A stretch of DNA of 64,000 bases from Candidatus Bathyarchaeota archaeon (GTDB lineage Archaea; Thermoproteota; Bathyarchaeia; Bathyarchaeales; Bathycorpusculaceae). The number at the start of each line of letters is the position of its first letter. Within the stretch, counting starts at the first letter, position 1. Location: contig CAVTBV010000012.1 of the NCBI GenBank assembly GCA_963733095.1, positions 446,279-510,278 of the forward strand. Direction: 5' to 3'. Of this stretch, positions 19,431 to 29,919 are shown in pieces. The notes below the pieces were generated by a model. That model made no database searches. It was not told the origin of the DNA and saw nothing but the letters and a program-made list of their open reading frames with translations. A program made the translations under genes and the position numbers.

Positions 19431-19607
19431 ATGAGAAAGTTAAGGTTAAGTAGTATTGATTCTCGTAATGGTGAAATGCATTTTATTCTGGAGGAATTTC
19501 AATCTTCTGAATATTCTGAGTACTTCAAAGATTTTGATTTAGCTGAAATCAAGAGAATTTTAAGAAAAGAAGCAACTAAGCCACTTGCTTTATTTCGTGA
19601 AGAATAG
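19431..19607 (+). CDS. small hypothetical protein (copy 1)
   Basis: GAGGTG SD; frame conserved in the paralogue at 35472-35648. Confidence 0.65.
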   Translation: MRKLRLSSIDSRNGEMHFILEEFQSSEYSEYFKDFDLAEIKRILRKEATKPLALFREE

Positions 19608-19642
19608 AATTCGCGCAGAGATTGAGGAGGAAGATTGATATA

Positions 19643-19846
19643 ATGCCGAAGGTTGGGGTTGACTGGAAAAAGTGCAATGGATGTGGGACATGCGTTGATG
19701 CCTGTCCTATTTTGGTCTTCGAGCTTCAAGACATTCCAGATTATCCGGACTCAAAGAAATCTGTTCCCGTCAGAGCAGACGACTGTATTCTGTGCATGAC
19801 CTGCGTGACCTCATGTCCTACTGGCGCAATAGCAGTGGAGGAATAG
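19643..19846 (+). CDS. 2[4Fe-4S] ferredoxin (copy 1)
   Basis: CNGCGTCVDACP and CILCMTCVTSCP; GAGGAGG SD. Confidence 0.92.
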   Translation: MPKVGVDWKKCNGCGTCVDACPILVFELQDIPDYPDSKKSVPVRADDCILCMTCVTSCPTGAIAVEE

Positions 19847-19852
19847 GACATT

Positions 19853-20290
19853 ATGTCCGCCGTGAACAAACTTTCAAAGTAGGCGCGTTAAACTATGTGG
19901 GGTTGAGTGTATAGTAAAGAACAGTAATGAAGCAAAAAATCCATTGCGTATTGCACCTCATGCCCAAGGGTTTCATTTCTACAGAGCCGTTGGCTGTTGT
20001 ATTGGCGTAACTTGTTGCAGCTTGGAGAAACTTGCTAAGACCATTAATGAAGTGTGTTCTGAAGTAATTCGTTTTCACTTTGAGCATGGCGATTTCCAGA
20101 ATTGGATAAGAAATGTCCTAGGCGATGCTGAATTTGGCTCAAAGTATAGACGAGATAAAGATGTGTTCGCGCCAACTCTCAGCCGAACGCTGCAGGGAAG
20201 AACTTACGGAAAGATTACGCATTCGCATTTTTCAGTTGGAAACAAATGAAGTTCCTCCTTTCTTTGGGGGCGGAGAAGAAAATAACCCCC
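19853..20290 (+). pseudogene. DUF5752-like protein, disrupted (copy 1)
   Basis: GFHFY..GDFQNWIRNVLGDAE; early TAG and frameshifts relative to the intact copy at 35888; end approximate. Confidence 0.75.
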
Positions 20291-20438
20291 ATAAGTCCGT
20301 GTGGGCTAACAGAGTAAGTGAGGTCGAAGACGGTGTGATTGAGGCAGGAAATCAAGCAGTTGAAAAATATGAAAGACGACCAAAAGAAGGCGTGATGTTT
20401 ATTGGCAGCGCCCATTTTAGAATTGAGGTTGGAATGAA

Positions 20439-20927
20439 TTGACAAAAACAGACGATGTTTTACTTGAATTAAAAACGGCTTTTGTTGCGTTCCTGAATAG
20501 TTTTTTTCCCTTTGAATATAAAAACAAAACCTACCGTTTAGTCAACATTTATGTGGCATCACCTTGGATTAGATGCGATATATGCAGAAACTATCCGATA
20601 CAGGATATTTCGGTAATAAGAAACAGTGATGGTCAAGAAATGCGTTTGGGAAACAAATGCATAGACCTAATAACAAATCGCAAAGTGTCTGAATGGTTTA
20701 AGGAATTCAAGATAAAACGCGACAATGTAACTTTGAACCGAAGATACATCGACGGTCTCGCTTCAATATTGGCCGCTTGCGGAAGAAGTGAACGTTCATT
20801 CCAGATACCAGCAAATGACATCGAAAAGTTGCAAAAGGCGTTAGAGCAGATGTGCAACGGGTTCAATCCCACTAGAGAACAAGAGCAACTAGCTGAATAC
20901 TACATAAACATGAGTAGTTCCATTTAG
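20439..20927 (+). CDS. hypothetical protein with Zn-finger-like CxxC..GxxC motif
   Basis: 162-aa ORF with RCDICRNYPI..GNKCID; 3' remnant paralogue at about 40405-40535. Confidence 0.65.
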   Translation: MTKTDDVLLELKTAFVAFLNSFFPFEYKNKTYRLVNIYVASPWIRCDICRNYPIQDISVIRNSDGQEMRLGNKCIDLITNRKVSEWFKEFKIKRDNVTLNRRYIDGLASILAACGRSERSFQIPANDIEKLQKALEQMCNGFNPTREQEQLAEYYINMSSSI

Positions 20928-21006
20928 CGGTGTGCCTTAAAAACAGAAACAGCAAAATAGAATTAACCTAGCTATTAATCAAACTCAATTTGCCTGGTTG
21001 GAACAA

Positions 21007-21693
21007 ATGATTTGTAAACTGTTTGTTTTTCGGCATGCTGAAACGTTTGATAACAGTCACGGGGTATTCTCGGGCTGGCGTGACTCAGAACTAACTATGA
21101 AGGGGCTTTTGCAGGCGCAGGAAATCTGAACAACTCAAACGATACCGAATTGATTATGCTTTTACCTCGCATTTGAAGCGCGCCCGAAAAACCCTTGAAA
21201 TCGTTCTCCAAGGTCGCCGGTCAGTTCCAGTTTTCACGGACGACCGGCTCATCGAACGTTGCTATGGCTTGCTCCAAGGTAAACATAAAAGAAAAATGGA
21301 TCATGAAAATCCTGATTGGTACGCTCAGATTCATCGAGGCTATGGTTTAGCTCCGCCCTAGGGGAGAGCTTGGAGATGGTTGAAAAACGGGTAATTCCGT
21401 TTCTAGAGCAGCTCAGAGAATGGCTCAATCAAACCCCAGGTAATGTGGCGATCTCTTGCCAAAATAATTCTATTTGTCCTTTCAGAAGGGTTTTTGAAAA
21501 CTTGAGCATTGCCCAGATGTGCAAACTTGAGAGTCCACAGAATCGTGCAATAATCTACGAGATCCAGCAGGAACATTCGGGCATTGAAAGCCCAAGAGCT
21601 AGGGCAACCAAACTAAACTGGAAGAGTATTGTGATTCCACGAAAAGTGAAATTGGCAACAGATGCTCTAAACCTGTTAAAGATTTATTACTAA
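21007..21693 (+). pseudogene. histidine phosphatase/dPGM family, disrupted (copy 1)
   Basis: FRHAETFDN..FSGWRD, frameshift near 21125 and in-frame TAG at about 21359; intact paralogue at 40814. Confidence 0.85.
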
Positions 21694-21721
21694 TAACACG
21701 TGTTCGAGACCTGACACATTT

Positions 21722-21767
21722 GTTTGTTTTCTAAACAAAAAGTATTAATGTTATTTATCTAATAAAC
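21722..21767 (+). promoter_or_regulatory. paired operator, site 3 (mrp operon)
   Basis: GTTTGTTTTCTAAAC, TATTAATG, ATTTATCTAATAAAC; boxes 31 bp apart. Confidence 0.75.
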
Positions 21768-21792
21768 TATATCCGTATTAGACGGTGAAAAA

Positions 21793-22731
21793 TTGACAAA
21801 TATAACGAAGCAGGTAAACGTCACCGAGGAATGCGGCGGAAAATGCGGTTCATGCTCAACATCTGATGGTTGCAACGATCAAAGAAAGCAACAGTATGAA
21901 CAAGAACAGAAACTAAAATTGAGCCTGGGCAAAATTAAGTATAAAATAGCAGTTATCAGCGGCAAGGGTGGCGTTGGCAAGAGCACCGTAACTGCGAATC
22001 TGGCCATGGCTTTCGCAATGAATGGACACAAAGATGCAGTCGGTGTTCTCGACGCTGATATTCATGGTCCGTGTATTCCAAAAATGTTAGGTCTCAAAGG
22101 ACAAACGTTGATAGGTGGTCCCGGTGGAATGTTGTTTCCAGTTGTTGGCAAACTGGGAATAAAAGTTGTCTCAATGGATTTTCTATTACCAAACGACGAA
22201 GCGCCAGTTATTTGGCGTGGTCCACTGAAAATGAGAGTTATTCAGCAATTCTTATCTGATGTAACGTGGGGTGACCTTGACTATTTGCTAGTGGATCTTC
22301 CGCCTGGAACTGGCGATGAACCGCTAAGCGTTATGCAGTTGATACCGAATCTGGATGGCGTTGTTATAGTTACGATGCCGTCAGAGGTGTCTGAAGCGGT
22401 TGTTAAGAAATCTGTTTCGTTCGCTAAGCAAGTTGGCGTTCCTGTAATTGGCGTAATTGAGAACATGAGTGGGTTTATCTGTCCTGAATGCGGAGCCAAA
22501 GTGGATGTTTTCAAAGCCGGTGGCGGAAAAAGAATAGCTGAAAATATGACTATTCCTTATCTGGGTTCTATACCTTTAGATCCCAAGATTTGTAATGACT
22601 CTGATAGTGGATTATCTTTTATAGTTGAAAACAGAACTTCGCCTGCAACTAAAGCTTTCTTGGAAATTGTCAAGAAGATTGATCAATTCTTAGAAAATAC
22701 AGATCCTAATCATGAGGAGATAAAAAAATGA
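21793..22731 (+). CDS. mrp: Mrp/NBP35 Fe-S cluster carrier ATPase
   Basis: N-terminal Cys cluster, SGKGGVGKST, WRGP, DLPPGTGD and ENMSGFICPEC. Confidence 0.93.
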   Translation: MTNITKQVNVTEECGGKCGSCSTSDGCNDQRKQQYEQEQKLKLSLGKIKYKIAVISGKGGVGKSTVTANLAMAFAMNGHKDAVGVLDADIHGPCIPKMLGLKGQTLIGGPGGMLFPVVGKLGIKVVSMDFLLPNDEAPVIWRGPLKMRVIQQFLSDVTWGDLDYLLVDLPPGTGDEPLSVMQLIPNLDGVVIVTMPSEVSEAVVKKSVSFAKQVGVPVIGVIENMSGFICPECGAKVDVFKAGGGKRIAENMTIPYLGSIPLDPKICNDSDSGLSFIVENRTSPATKAFLEIVKKIDQFLENTDPNHEEIKK

Positions 22732-23123
22732 AAATATGTGTTAGTGCAACAGGCAGCAATTTGGAAGCACAGTTAGACCCTCGCTTCGGCAGATGCCTCT
22801 ACCTTATAGTTGTGGATTCTGAAACAATGCAGTTTGAAGCCATTCCAAACATGGCCGCAGGCGCAACAGGCGGAGCAGGAATTCAAGCAGCTCAAGTCAT
22901 AGCCGACAAGGGTGTCAAGGTGGTTATAACCGGAAATGTTGGACCCAACGCCTTCGGGGCGTTATCAACTGCTGGCATAGAAATTGTGACCGGAGCCTCT
23001 GGGGTCGTCAAAGAAGTGGTCGAGAAGTTCAAGAAAGGCGAGTTAGGAAAAACTGGCGTGCCTACCGTTGGCGGACATTTCGGAGAAGGCAGAAGACAAA
23101 GGGGAGGTATATGGAAGCTTTGA
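22728..23123 (+). CDS. NifB/NifX-family (COG1433) protein
   Basis: DPRFGRC, GGAGIQAAQ and GNVGPNAF. Confidence 0.88.
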   Translation: MKICVSATGSNLEAQLDPRFGRCLYLIVVDSETMQFEAIPNMAAGATGGAGIQAAQVIADKGVKVVITGNVGPNAFGALSTAGIEIVTGASGVVKEVVEKFKKGELGKTGVPTVGGHFGEGRRQRGGIWKL

Positions 23124-23178
23124 CCACCCTAAACCAAGAATCCACTAAATCAGGTTTACTCGCAAAGGAGGTGAATAG

Positions 23179-23583
23179 TTGACAGACAAAGTAATAGTTC
23201 CTACAGAAGATCAACAAGGCTTGAACGCTCGAATAGCCGAGCACTTTGGAAGAGCACCCTACTACACAATTATTGAACTTGAAGAAAATGGAGAAGTATC
23301 AAACGTCAAAACTGTTCCAAACGTTGGCGAACACGCAGGCGGGACGGGACTGTCTCACGATAACATTCTGGAGCACAAACCAACAGCACTCATCGTCTAT
23401 GGTATGGGACCTAAAGGATTGACATCTTTCCAAGACGCAGGAGTTGCAGTTTTGAAAGCAAACGCAGATACAGTTAGCGAAGTCATCTCGGCGTACAAAA
23501 ACGATTCACTCATAGAGCTTACAGAAGGCTGTGAAAATGCACACCACAAAGATGAACACCACACGCATGAACACCATCATTGA
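23179..23583 (+). CDS. NifB/NifX-family protein with His-rich tail
   Basis: EHFGRAPYY and GMGPK; ends CENAHHKDEHHTHEHHH. Confidence 0.88.
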   Translation: MTDKVIVPTEDQQGLNARIAEHFGRAPYYTIIELEENGEVSNVKTVPNVGEHAGGTGLSHDNILEHKPTALIVYGMGPKGLTSFQDAGVAVLKANADTVSEVISAYKNDSLIELTEGCENAHHKDEHHTHEHHH

Positions 23584-23716
23584 CAAAAAGGCAAATTAGT
23601 GTGAAAAAAATGTTGAGATACCTCTCAGAAGAAGAATTGAGGCTGATGCTAGAGTCAGCTACTCTAAGAAAGCTATCTTTCAATTTTTTCTTAATTAAAT
23701 TCAGGCGGATAAGTAA

Positions 23717-24553
23717 ATGATTGTGTCTGTTGCTAGTGGAAAAGGTGGAACGGGAAAAACATCGGTAGCGGTAAACATGGCTCTTTCAGTAGGCAACATC
23801 CAACTTTTGGACTGCGACGTTGAGGAACCTAACGCATATCTGCTATTACACCCAGAAATCAATAAAAAGGAACCAGTTCACACTTCAATTCCAAAAGTAG
23901 ATAGAGAACTTTGCAATACATGCGGCGAATGCACAAAATTCTGCCAGTTCAACGCTATATTTGTCGCTTCTGAGAAAATTCTTGTTTTCCCAGAGCTTTG
24001 TCACAGCTGCGGCGGATGCGCTATGATCTGCCCAAAAAAAGCGATCACGTGGGAAAAGCACAAAATCGGTACGCTAAACTTTGGCGCCAATGACGGAGTA
24101 GACCTTGTTTATGGGGAGCTTGACGTAAGCAAGCCTCTGGCGGTTCCAGTCATAAAAGCGGTTAAAAAACAGATTAAAGAGACCCAAAATGTAATCCTTG
24201 ATTGCCCACCTGGAACCTCCTGTCCATTTGTGGAAACTGTAAGTGATAGCGACTTCTGTTTGTTGGTAACGGAACCTACTCCTTTTGGTTTGCACGACTT
24301 GAAGATAGCAGTTGAGGTCTTGCGCAAAGTCGGGGTTCCTTTAGGTGTTGTCGTTAACCGTGCAGGCATAGGCGACAAAAAAGTGTATGAATACTGCACC
24401 AAAGAGAACATTCCTATTCTACTGGAAATTCCATATGAAAGAAGAATAGCTGAACTCTACTCTAAAGGGGTTCCATTTAGCTTGGAAATGCCTGAATGGG
24501 CAGAAAAATTTCAAACACTCTACAATGAAGTCGAGGAGTTGGTCAGAGAATGA
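23717..24553 (+). CDS. MinD-superfamily P-loop ATPase with inserted ferredoxin (COG1149)
   Basis: [17 protein letters not shown], two CxxCxxC motifs, PPGTSCP and TEPTPFGLHDL. Confidence 0.9.
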   Translation: MIVSVASGKGGTGKTSVAVNMALSVGNIQLLDCDVEEPNAYLLLHPEINKKEPVHTSIPKVDRELCNTCGECTKFCQFNAIFVASEKILVFPELCHSCGGCAMICPKKAITWEKHKIGTLNFGANDGVDLVYGELDVSKPLAVPVIKAVKKQIKETQNVILDCPPGTSCPFVETVSDSDFCLLVTEPTPFGLHDLKIAVEVLRKVGVPLGVVVNRAGIGDKKVYEYCTKENIPILLEIPYERRIAELYSKGVPFSLEMPEWAEKFQTLYNEVEELVRE

Positions 24554-25431
24554 AGCAGTTAACAATTTTAAGTGGAAAGGGTGGTACAGGCAAAACATCG
24601 ATAACTGCTTCTTTTGCAGTCCTAGCGAAAAACGCCGTGGTTGCAGACTGCGATGTGGATGCTCCTGACCTACACATGTTATTGCACCCTGAAATAAAAA
24701 AAGCCCAGGAGTTCATAGGCTCAAAATTAGCGGTTATTGACAAAACAAAATGTATCAAATGTGGTTCATGCCGAGAAAAATGCAATTTTGGCGCAATAAA
24801 CAGCGATTTAGAAATTGTCGCTATTTCATGTGAGGGATGTGGTGTCTGCAAAGTAGCTTGCCCAGTTGAAGCCATAACTTTGGCTCCTAGAGTTTCAGGG
24901 AAAGCCTTTATTTCAAAGACTAAATACGGTTCCATGTCACACGCCCTGCTTAATCCAGGTGAATCCAATTCAGGAAAACTCGTAACTTTAGTTCGGCAAA
25001 ACGCTAAAATATTAGCTGAAAAAGAAAAACATGACCTAATCATTATCGACGGCTCGCCTGGAATCGGTTGCCCTGTAATAGCTTCCATAACAGGAGTAGA
25101 TGCAGCATTAGTAGTTACAGAGCCGACAATGTCAGGAATCCATGACCTTGAAAGAGTCCTAAAATTGCTGGATCACTTCAATGTCTTTGGGTTTGTTTGC
25201 ATAAATATGTATGACATAAATGTAGGCAATACAAAAAAGATTTTGAGCTTCTGCAAAGAAAACAAAACAGAAGTTGTTGGCTGCATTCCCTTTAGCCCTG
25301 AAGTTACTCAGGCAATGGTTAATGGGAAAACAATTGTTGAATACGCTCCTAAGGGTGGGGTATCGGAAGAAATAAAGAACATGTGGAACAAAATGAGACA
25401 ATTTTTAAGTGTTGAAAACTATGATACCTAA
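24550..25431 (+). CDS. MinD-superfamily P-loop ATPase with inserted ferredoxin (COG1149), second type
   Basis: [33 protein letters not shown] and [10 protein letters not shown]. Confidence 0.9.
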   Translation: MKQLTILSGKGGTGKTSITASFAVLAKNAVVADCDVDAPDLHMLLHPEIKKAQEFIGSKLAVIDKTKCIKCGSCREKCNFGAINSDLEIVAISCEGCGVCKVACPVEAITLAPRVSGKAFISKTKYGSMSHALLNPGESNSGKLVTLVRQNAKILAEKEKHDLIIIDGSPGIGCPVIASITGVDAALVVTEPTMSGIHDLERVLKLLDHFNVFGFVCINMYDINVGNTKKILSFCKENKTEVVGCIPFSPEVTQAMVNGKTIVEYAPKGGVSEEIKNMWNKMRQFLSVENYDT

Positions 25432-25969
25432 ATTTTTTTTTCTGACAAAGGGTGTCGGCAAACACAGAGACCAGTTGCAGTCTTTTGAGCTTGCGTTAAG
25501 AGATGCAGGCATCCAGTATTGCAACCTTGTGAATGTTTCAAGCATAGTTCCCGCAGGATGCAAAATGATTTCGCGTGAACTAGGTTTAAAGATGTTGCAG
25601 CCCGGAGAAATCACCTATGTGGTTCTGGATAGAAACTCTGCTATGGAACCACATAGATTGCTTGCATCTTCTATCGGTGTCGCCATCCCGTCGGAGAAAA
25701 ACCAGTACGGCTATCTCAGTGAACACCACTCCTTTGGGCAAACGGATGAAGCTGCAGGGGAGTATGCAGAAGACCTAGCCGCTACTATGTTAGCTACTAC
25801 TATGGGTATCCAGTTTGACCCTGAAACAGCATGGGATGAGCGTAAACAACTTTTCAAAACCACGGGGCTAATTATAAAGACAGCCAATATAACACAGTCA
25901 GCTACTGGAGACAAGAATGGTTTATGGACAACTACTGTGGCAGCCGCTGTTTTTGTATCCATGAAATAA
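25421..25969 (+). CDS. pdaD: pyruvoyl-dependent arginine decarboxylase
   Basis: [21 protein letters not shown] (Ser-Ser self-cleavage site) and GYLSEHH. Confidence 0.9.
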   Translation: MIPKFFFLTKGVGKHRDQLQSFELALRDAGIQYCNLVNVSSIVPAGCKMISRELGLKMLQPGEITYVVLDRNSAMEPHRLLASSIGVAIPSEKNQYGYLSEHHSFGQTDEAAGEYAEDLAATMLATTMGIQFDPETAWDERKQLFKTTGLIIKTANITQSATGDKNGLWTTTVAAAVFVSMK

Positions 25970-26020
25970 TAGCCCATGTAAAGCTTTCTGTCGCCAAAAT
26001 GGAGTTGGAGCCTGACTAAT

Positions 26021-26977
26021 TTGCCTAATCCAATGCCCCTAGCTTTTGGTCCTGTTCCATCCAGACGTTTGGGTAAAAGCCTAGGAATAAATAACATTCG
26101 ACCAAAAGTGTGCAACTATTCATGCCTCTACTGTCAACTAGGAAAAACCAGCAAGAATTTTGTTGAACGCCAAGTTTTCTACCAGCCATGCGACATTGCG
26201 AAAGAAGTCCAGCGAAAAGTTGCCAATGCCGCCAAGCGGAATGAGCAAATTGATTATCTTACTTTTGTATCGGATGGAGAGCCCACTCTAGATGTTAACA
26301 TAGGTGAAGAAATATCGTTTCTAAGGCGAATGGGTATTCCTATAGCTGTCTTAACTAACGCTTCTGTGCTTTGGTCTAACGATGTTAGGCAAGATTTGCT
26401 AAAGTCTGATTATGTTTCTTTAAAGGTAGATGCTGTCAGCAACGCTTTGTGGAGAAAGATTGACAGACCCCATAAAGACTTAGAAGTAAGTTCGATTCTG
26501 ACGGGCATCCAAGATTTTGCAGAGGCATTTAAGGGAACGATTGTAACTGAAACTATGCTTCTAGATGATATCGATTACAGAAACGAATTTGAAGGAATAG
26601 CAATTTTTTTGGCAAGTTTGAAAAAACTAAATAGAGCATATATTGCGGTTCCGACTAGACCGCCATCAGAGACTTGGGTTAAACCTGCCCGAGAAAAGGT
26701 TGTAAATGTTGCCTTTCAGGTTTTTTCCGAAAAGCTTGGAGTCGACAGGGTTGAGTGCTTGATTGGTTATGAGGGGAATGCGTTTGCTTTTACTGGGGAT
26801 GTTGAAGAAGATTTGTTGAGCATGATGGCTGTGCATCCTATGCGTGAGGAAGCGGTCAAGGAGTTCTTGGTTAAAGCAAATTCTAACTGGCAAATTATTG
26901 AGAAACTTTTGACTGCCGATAAACTTGTAGAGTTGATGTATATAGGAAACAGGTACTATATGCAAAAACTGGCTTAG
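26021..26977 (+). CDS. radical SAM protein (COG0731 type)
   Basis: FGPVPSRRLGKSLGIN, CNYSCLYCQLG and GEPTL. Confidence 0.88.
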   Translation: MPNPMPLAFGPVPSRRLGKSLGINNIRPKVCNYSCLYCQLGKTSKNFVERQVFYQPCDIAKEVQRKVANAAKRNEQIDYLTFVSDGEPTLDVNIGEEISFLRRMGIPIAVLTNASVLWSNDVRQDLLKSDYVSLKVDAVSNALWRKIDRPHKDLEVSSILTGIQDFAEAFKGTIVTETMLLDDIDYRNEFEGIAIFLASLKKLNRAYIAVPTRPPSETWVKPAREKVVNVAFQVFSEKLGVDRVECLIGYEGNAFAFTGDVEEDLLSMMAVHPMREEAVKEFLVKANSNWQIIEKLLTADKLVELMYIGNRYYMQKLA

Positions 26978-26989
26978 GATTGATGACAT

Positions 26990-27577
26990 GTGAAAGTGCA
27001 TCTTGAATGTATTCCTTGCTTGTTAAGGCAGGCGTTAGAGGCAACAAAACTAAGTTCTACTTATTTAGCCACACAGGAGCGTGCTCTTAGAGAAGTAATG
27101 GATTATCTTTCGAATGTGCAATGGGATAATGCTACGCCTGAGCTTGCCACATGCATGCATAGGCTTATTAAAAGAGTTACAGGGAACGCTGATCCGTATA
27201 ACCTGTTAAAGGAGAAATACAATTGTACTGCTTTGGGGCTTTATCCAAAACTTGCAGCTTTTGTTGAAGCTTCGGAAGATCCGTTATTAACTGCGGCTAA
27301 GTTAGCGATTGCTGGCAACATAATAGATTTTGGTCCAAAAATGGAGATCAACTTAGAAAAAGGCATTGCGGAAGTATTAAGAAGTGACCTTGCAATAAAC
27401 GATGTGGATAAACTGAAAGAGTCACTTCTTGGATCTAAGGTGGTGTTGTATCTTGCTGATAATGCAGGAGAATCAGTTTTTGATACTACAGGAATTGCTG
27501 TTCAAGATGCTGTAACAGCTAAACTTGTCTACACGAAAGCTTTGCAGAAAAAGCGTGGCTCATTCATAAAAATGTAG
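26990..27577 (+). pseudogene. truncated DUF89/ARMT1-like phosphatase fused in frame to the C-terminus of an ornithine cyclodeaminase/alanine dehydrogenase
   Basis: CIPCLLRQ, DPY, AIAGNIIDFG and LADNAGE (DUF89), then FDTTGIAVQDAVTAKLVY (OCD/AlaDH-type tail). Confidence 0.72.
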
Positions 27578-27690
27578 ATTACTATTAAAAAAAATAAAGG
27601 GAACTAACATGTTAAATTCCTTGCTAATTAACCCTTGGGGGAACAGAAGAAACCGATGTCTACGTCATTTTCAAAAGCTGTTTTTATTGG

Positions 27691-27801
27691 TCAATGTGAA
27701 TGATGATAATGTTGCTCGTGGTTTTTTATGTGGTCTTCGAGTTTGTCAATGTGTTCTTTCAAATCCTTTATCTCTGATTTGACTTCATCAACTTCACTCA
27801 T
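27691..27801 (-). CDS. 36-aa coiled-coil, His-rich small protein
   Basis: Manual translation: MSEVDEVKSEIKDLKEHIDKLEDHIKNHEQHYHHSH*. Confidence 0.55.
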   Translation of the reverse strand: MSEVDEVKSEIKDLKEHIDKLEDHIKNHEQHYHHSH

Positions 27802-27941
27802 TTTAACGCCGAATAAGTTCGAGATGCTTCCAATATAAGAAAGTTTTCTTTCTTGTTATGCCCTTAAGGAAATAGAGGAAAGAATTGATAGTCTGTAGGG
27901 ATTAAGGGTTCTATGGTTCAACTTACCTCAACTAGATGATT

Positions 27942-28211
27942 TTACATGTACATAGGGCAAATGTACTCGCCTTTTTCTAAATACTCCAAAGCTTTCGCTT
28001 CCTCAATCTGCCGTTTACGCTCCTTTTCTTCTGCAAGCCTGATGGTATCACATTTTTCTGCTATCAAAGCTTTAATGGCTTCTTTATTATTTTTTAGATC
28101 AAAATGTTTTTTCAGTAGTTCGAGATTTTCAAAGTCAGCTTCTTCAAAATCTATCATTTCTACTAGCTTTCCGCCCTCTTGCGAGAATTTATCTTTAAGC
28201 GCTTTTTTCAC
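27942..28211 (-). CDS. hypothetical protein
   Basis: 89-aa charged ORF with GAGGAG SD. Confidence 0.55.
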   Translation of the reverse strand: MKKALKDKFSQEGGKLVEMIDFEEADFENLELLKKHFDLKNNKEAIKALIAEKCDTIRLAEEKERKRQIEEAKALEYLEKGEYICPMYM

Positions 28212-28281
28212 CTCCTCACTTCTGAAGATAAAAAGGCGTGACTAAGGACGCCTTTCTAAGTATCCGTACACGGTCTCGCTA

Positions 28282-28950
28282 TCAATGGAATAATATTGGT
28301 GAAAAGATTGTAAAGGATTGTTCTGGCAAGAAATCCAAATCTTTTTCGAGATGATAGCCCGCTTCACCCATTTCTCTCATTATCGTTTCTTTAGGAACGG
28401 AATGCCCAAAAAGCCTATGAAAACTCAAACCTTCGCTGCCTCTATACTCGACAATCGCGATCCTCCCATCCGTTTTCAACACGGTTCCCAATCGCTTGAA
28501 ATAGTCCACCCTGTTCGGAAGGTGATGGCATACATTACGCATGAACACCAAATCCACAGCCTTTTCAGGCAGAATCGGGTTGTCACGCTTGGCGAGAACA
28601 GTTTCAATGTTAGTTAATCCTTTTTCTTTCGCATTCTTCTTTACGAATTCTAAAAAGTCCAGATTCGTATCAACAGCAAATACGTGCCCTTCTAGTGCCA
28701 CAGTTTCAGCAAAGCTTAAGGTGAAGTAACCTCCGCCGGATCCAATGTCAGCGACCACTTGTCCTACCTTCAGTTCTAAAGCGTGCACTATTTCATCTGG
28801 TTCGTTCTTGGGGTCAGAAGCCTTTTTGTTAAACATCTCTGCCTTATGGTTTCTTTTCGTTTTACTTTTCAATAGTTCTGAGTGTTGCTCGTTCTCTTTG
28901 AGTAAACCGAAAAAAGAAGGGAAATTAGTTGTACTCCGCTGGAGTTTCAT
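28282..28950 (-). CDS. class I SAM-dependent methyltransferase
   Basis: VADIGSGGGYF, AVD and VDLVFMRNVCHH. Confidence 0.88.
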   Translation of the reverse strand: MKLQRSTTNFPSFFGLLKENEQHSELLKSKTKRNHKAEMFNKKASDPKNEPDEIVHALELKVGQVVADIGSGGGYFTLSFAETVALEGHVFAVDTNLDFLEFVKKNAKEKGLTNIETVLAKRDNPILPEKAVDLVFMRNVCHHLPNRVDYFKRLGTVLKTDGRIAIVEYRGSEGLSFHRLFGHSVPKETIMREMGEAGYHLEKDLDFLPEQSFTIFSPILFH

Positions 28951-29168
28951 TGAATAGCTCCTTTCCCAGTTTTAGAGAGGGCGTATTTTTCCTGTGTTTC
29001 CTCAACGAGCCCCGCGTTCTTAAGTTCCCTCAAACCGCTTCTCACCCGAAACAAAGGTTGACCCGTTTTGTTAGAAATCCCTTCAGGAGATAACGTTCCT
29101 TCTTTTAGCGATTTCAGCACTGCCATTCCGCTTGCTGTCGGCTTTCCATCAGACGACACACAGGGCAT
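28947..29168 (-). CDS. small winged-helix protein
   Basis: MPCVSSDGKPT..LFRVRSGLRELKNAGLVEE..YALSKTG; ATG just after the peroxiredoxin stop. Confidence 0.7.
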   Translation of the reverse strand: MPCVSSDGKPTASGMAVLKSLKEGTLSPEGISNKTGQPLFRVRSGLRELKNAGLVEETQEKYALSKTGKGAIQ

Positions 29169-29172
29169 GCTC

Positions 29173-29832
29173 TCAACCCTCAGGGAGTTGTTTCTTGCAC
29201 AGGTACCAGTCTTTGCACTCGTAGCCTTCTTTGAGCCTCTGCTCTGCATCCTCAAGGGTGGTTGGCGCTGGAACGACAACAGGATCACCTGGTTTCCAGT
29301 TTGCTGGGGTGGCTACCTTGTACTTGTCGGTTGTCTGCAGGGCGTCTACCAACCTCAGGATTTCGTTCATGTTTCTGCCCGTAGTTAGTGGATAGTAAAG
29401 CATGGCGCGTATCTTACTTTCCGGGTCAATTATAAAGACACATCGAACTGTTTCGGTTTTGCTCTGTTCAGGATGTATCATTCCATACTTCTTGGCAACT
29501 TCCTTATTCAAATCGGCAATGATGGGAAAAGGTATTTTGACACCCATTTTTTCCTCACAGTTTCTTATCCAAGCAATATGAGAAGAAACACTATCGACGC
29601 TTAAACCCAAGAGTTCGACATTTCGCCTCTTTAGTTCATCGTATATTTCGGAGAAAGCCATGAATTCCGTTGTGCAAACGGGTGTGAAATCTGCTGGATG
29701 AGAAAAAAGAATCAGCCACGTACCTTTGTAGTCTGATAATCGTAATGTACCCTGAGTTGTGGGTGCTTCAAAATCTGGCGCGTTTTGACCTAATACTGGG
29801 AAACAAGTTTGCTCTGTTTGAACTTCAGTCAT
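29173..29832 (-). CDS. peroxiredoxin (Prx6/archaeal type)
   Basis: HPADFTPVCTTEF, GRNMNEILR and CKDWYLC. Confidence 0.95.
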   Translation of the reverse strand: MTEVQTEQTCFPVLGQNAPDFEAPTTQGTLRLSDYKGTWLILFSHPADFTPVCTTEFMAFSEIYDELKRRNVELLGLSVDSVSSHIAWIRNCEEKMGVKIPFPIIADLNKEVAKKYGMIHPEQSKTETVRCVFIIDPESKIRAMLYYPLTTGRNMNEILRLVDALQTTDKYKVATPANWKPGDPVVVPAPTTLEDAEQRLKEGYECKDWYLCKKQLPEG

Positions 29833-29873
29833 TTATTTTCACCTTCAACAAACAGAATCATCAAGTGACAATA

Positions 29874-29919
29874 ACATAATAAACAAACAATACTAATACT
29901 TGTCGTTTATAAAATAAAC
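29874..29919 (-). promoter_or_regulatory. paired operator, site 4 (peroxiredoxin operon)
   Basis: On the minus strand: GTTTATTTTATAAAC, TATTAGTA, GTTTGTTTATTATGT; boxes 31 bp apart. Confidence 0.75.

Noticed and set aside
3625-21361. In-frame TAG codons (purF leader, phosphatase copy 1) as pyrrolysine
   Set aside because: The phosphatase TAG replaces GAG in an already frameshifted copy, argS and the ferredoxins end normally at TAG, and no pyl genes are in the window.
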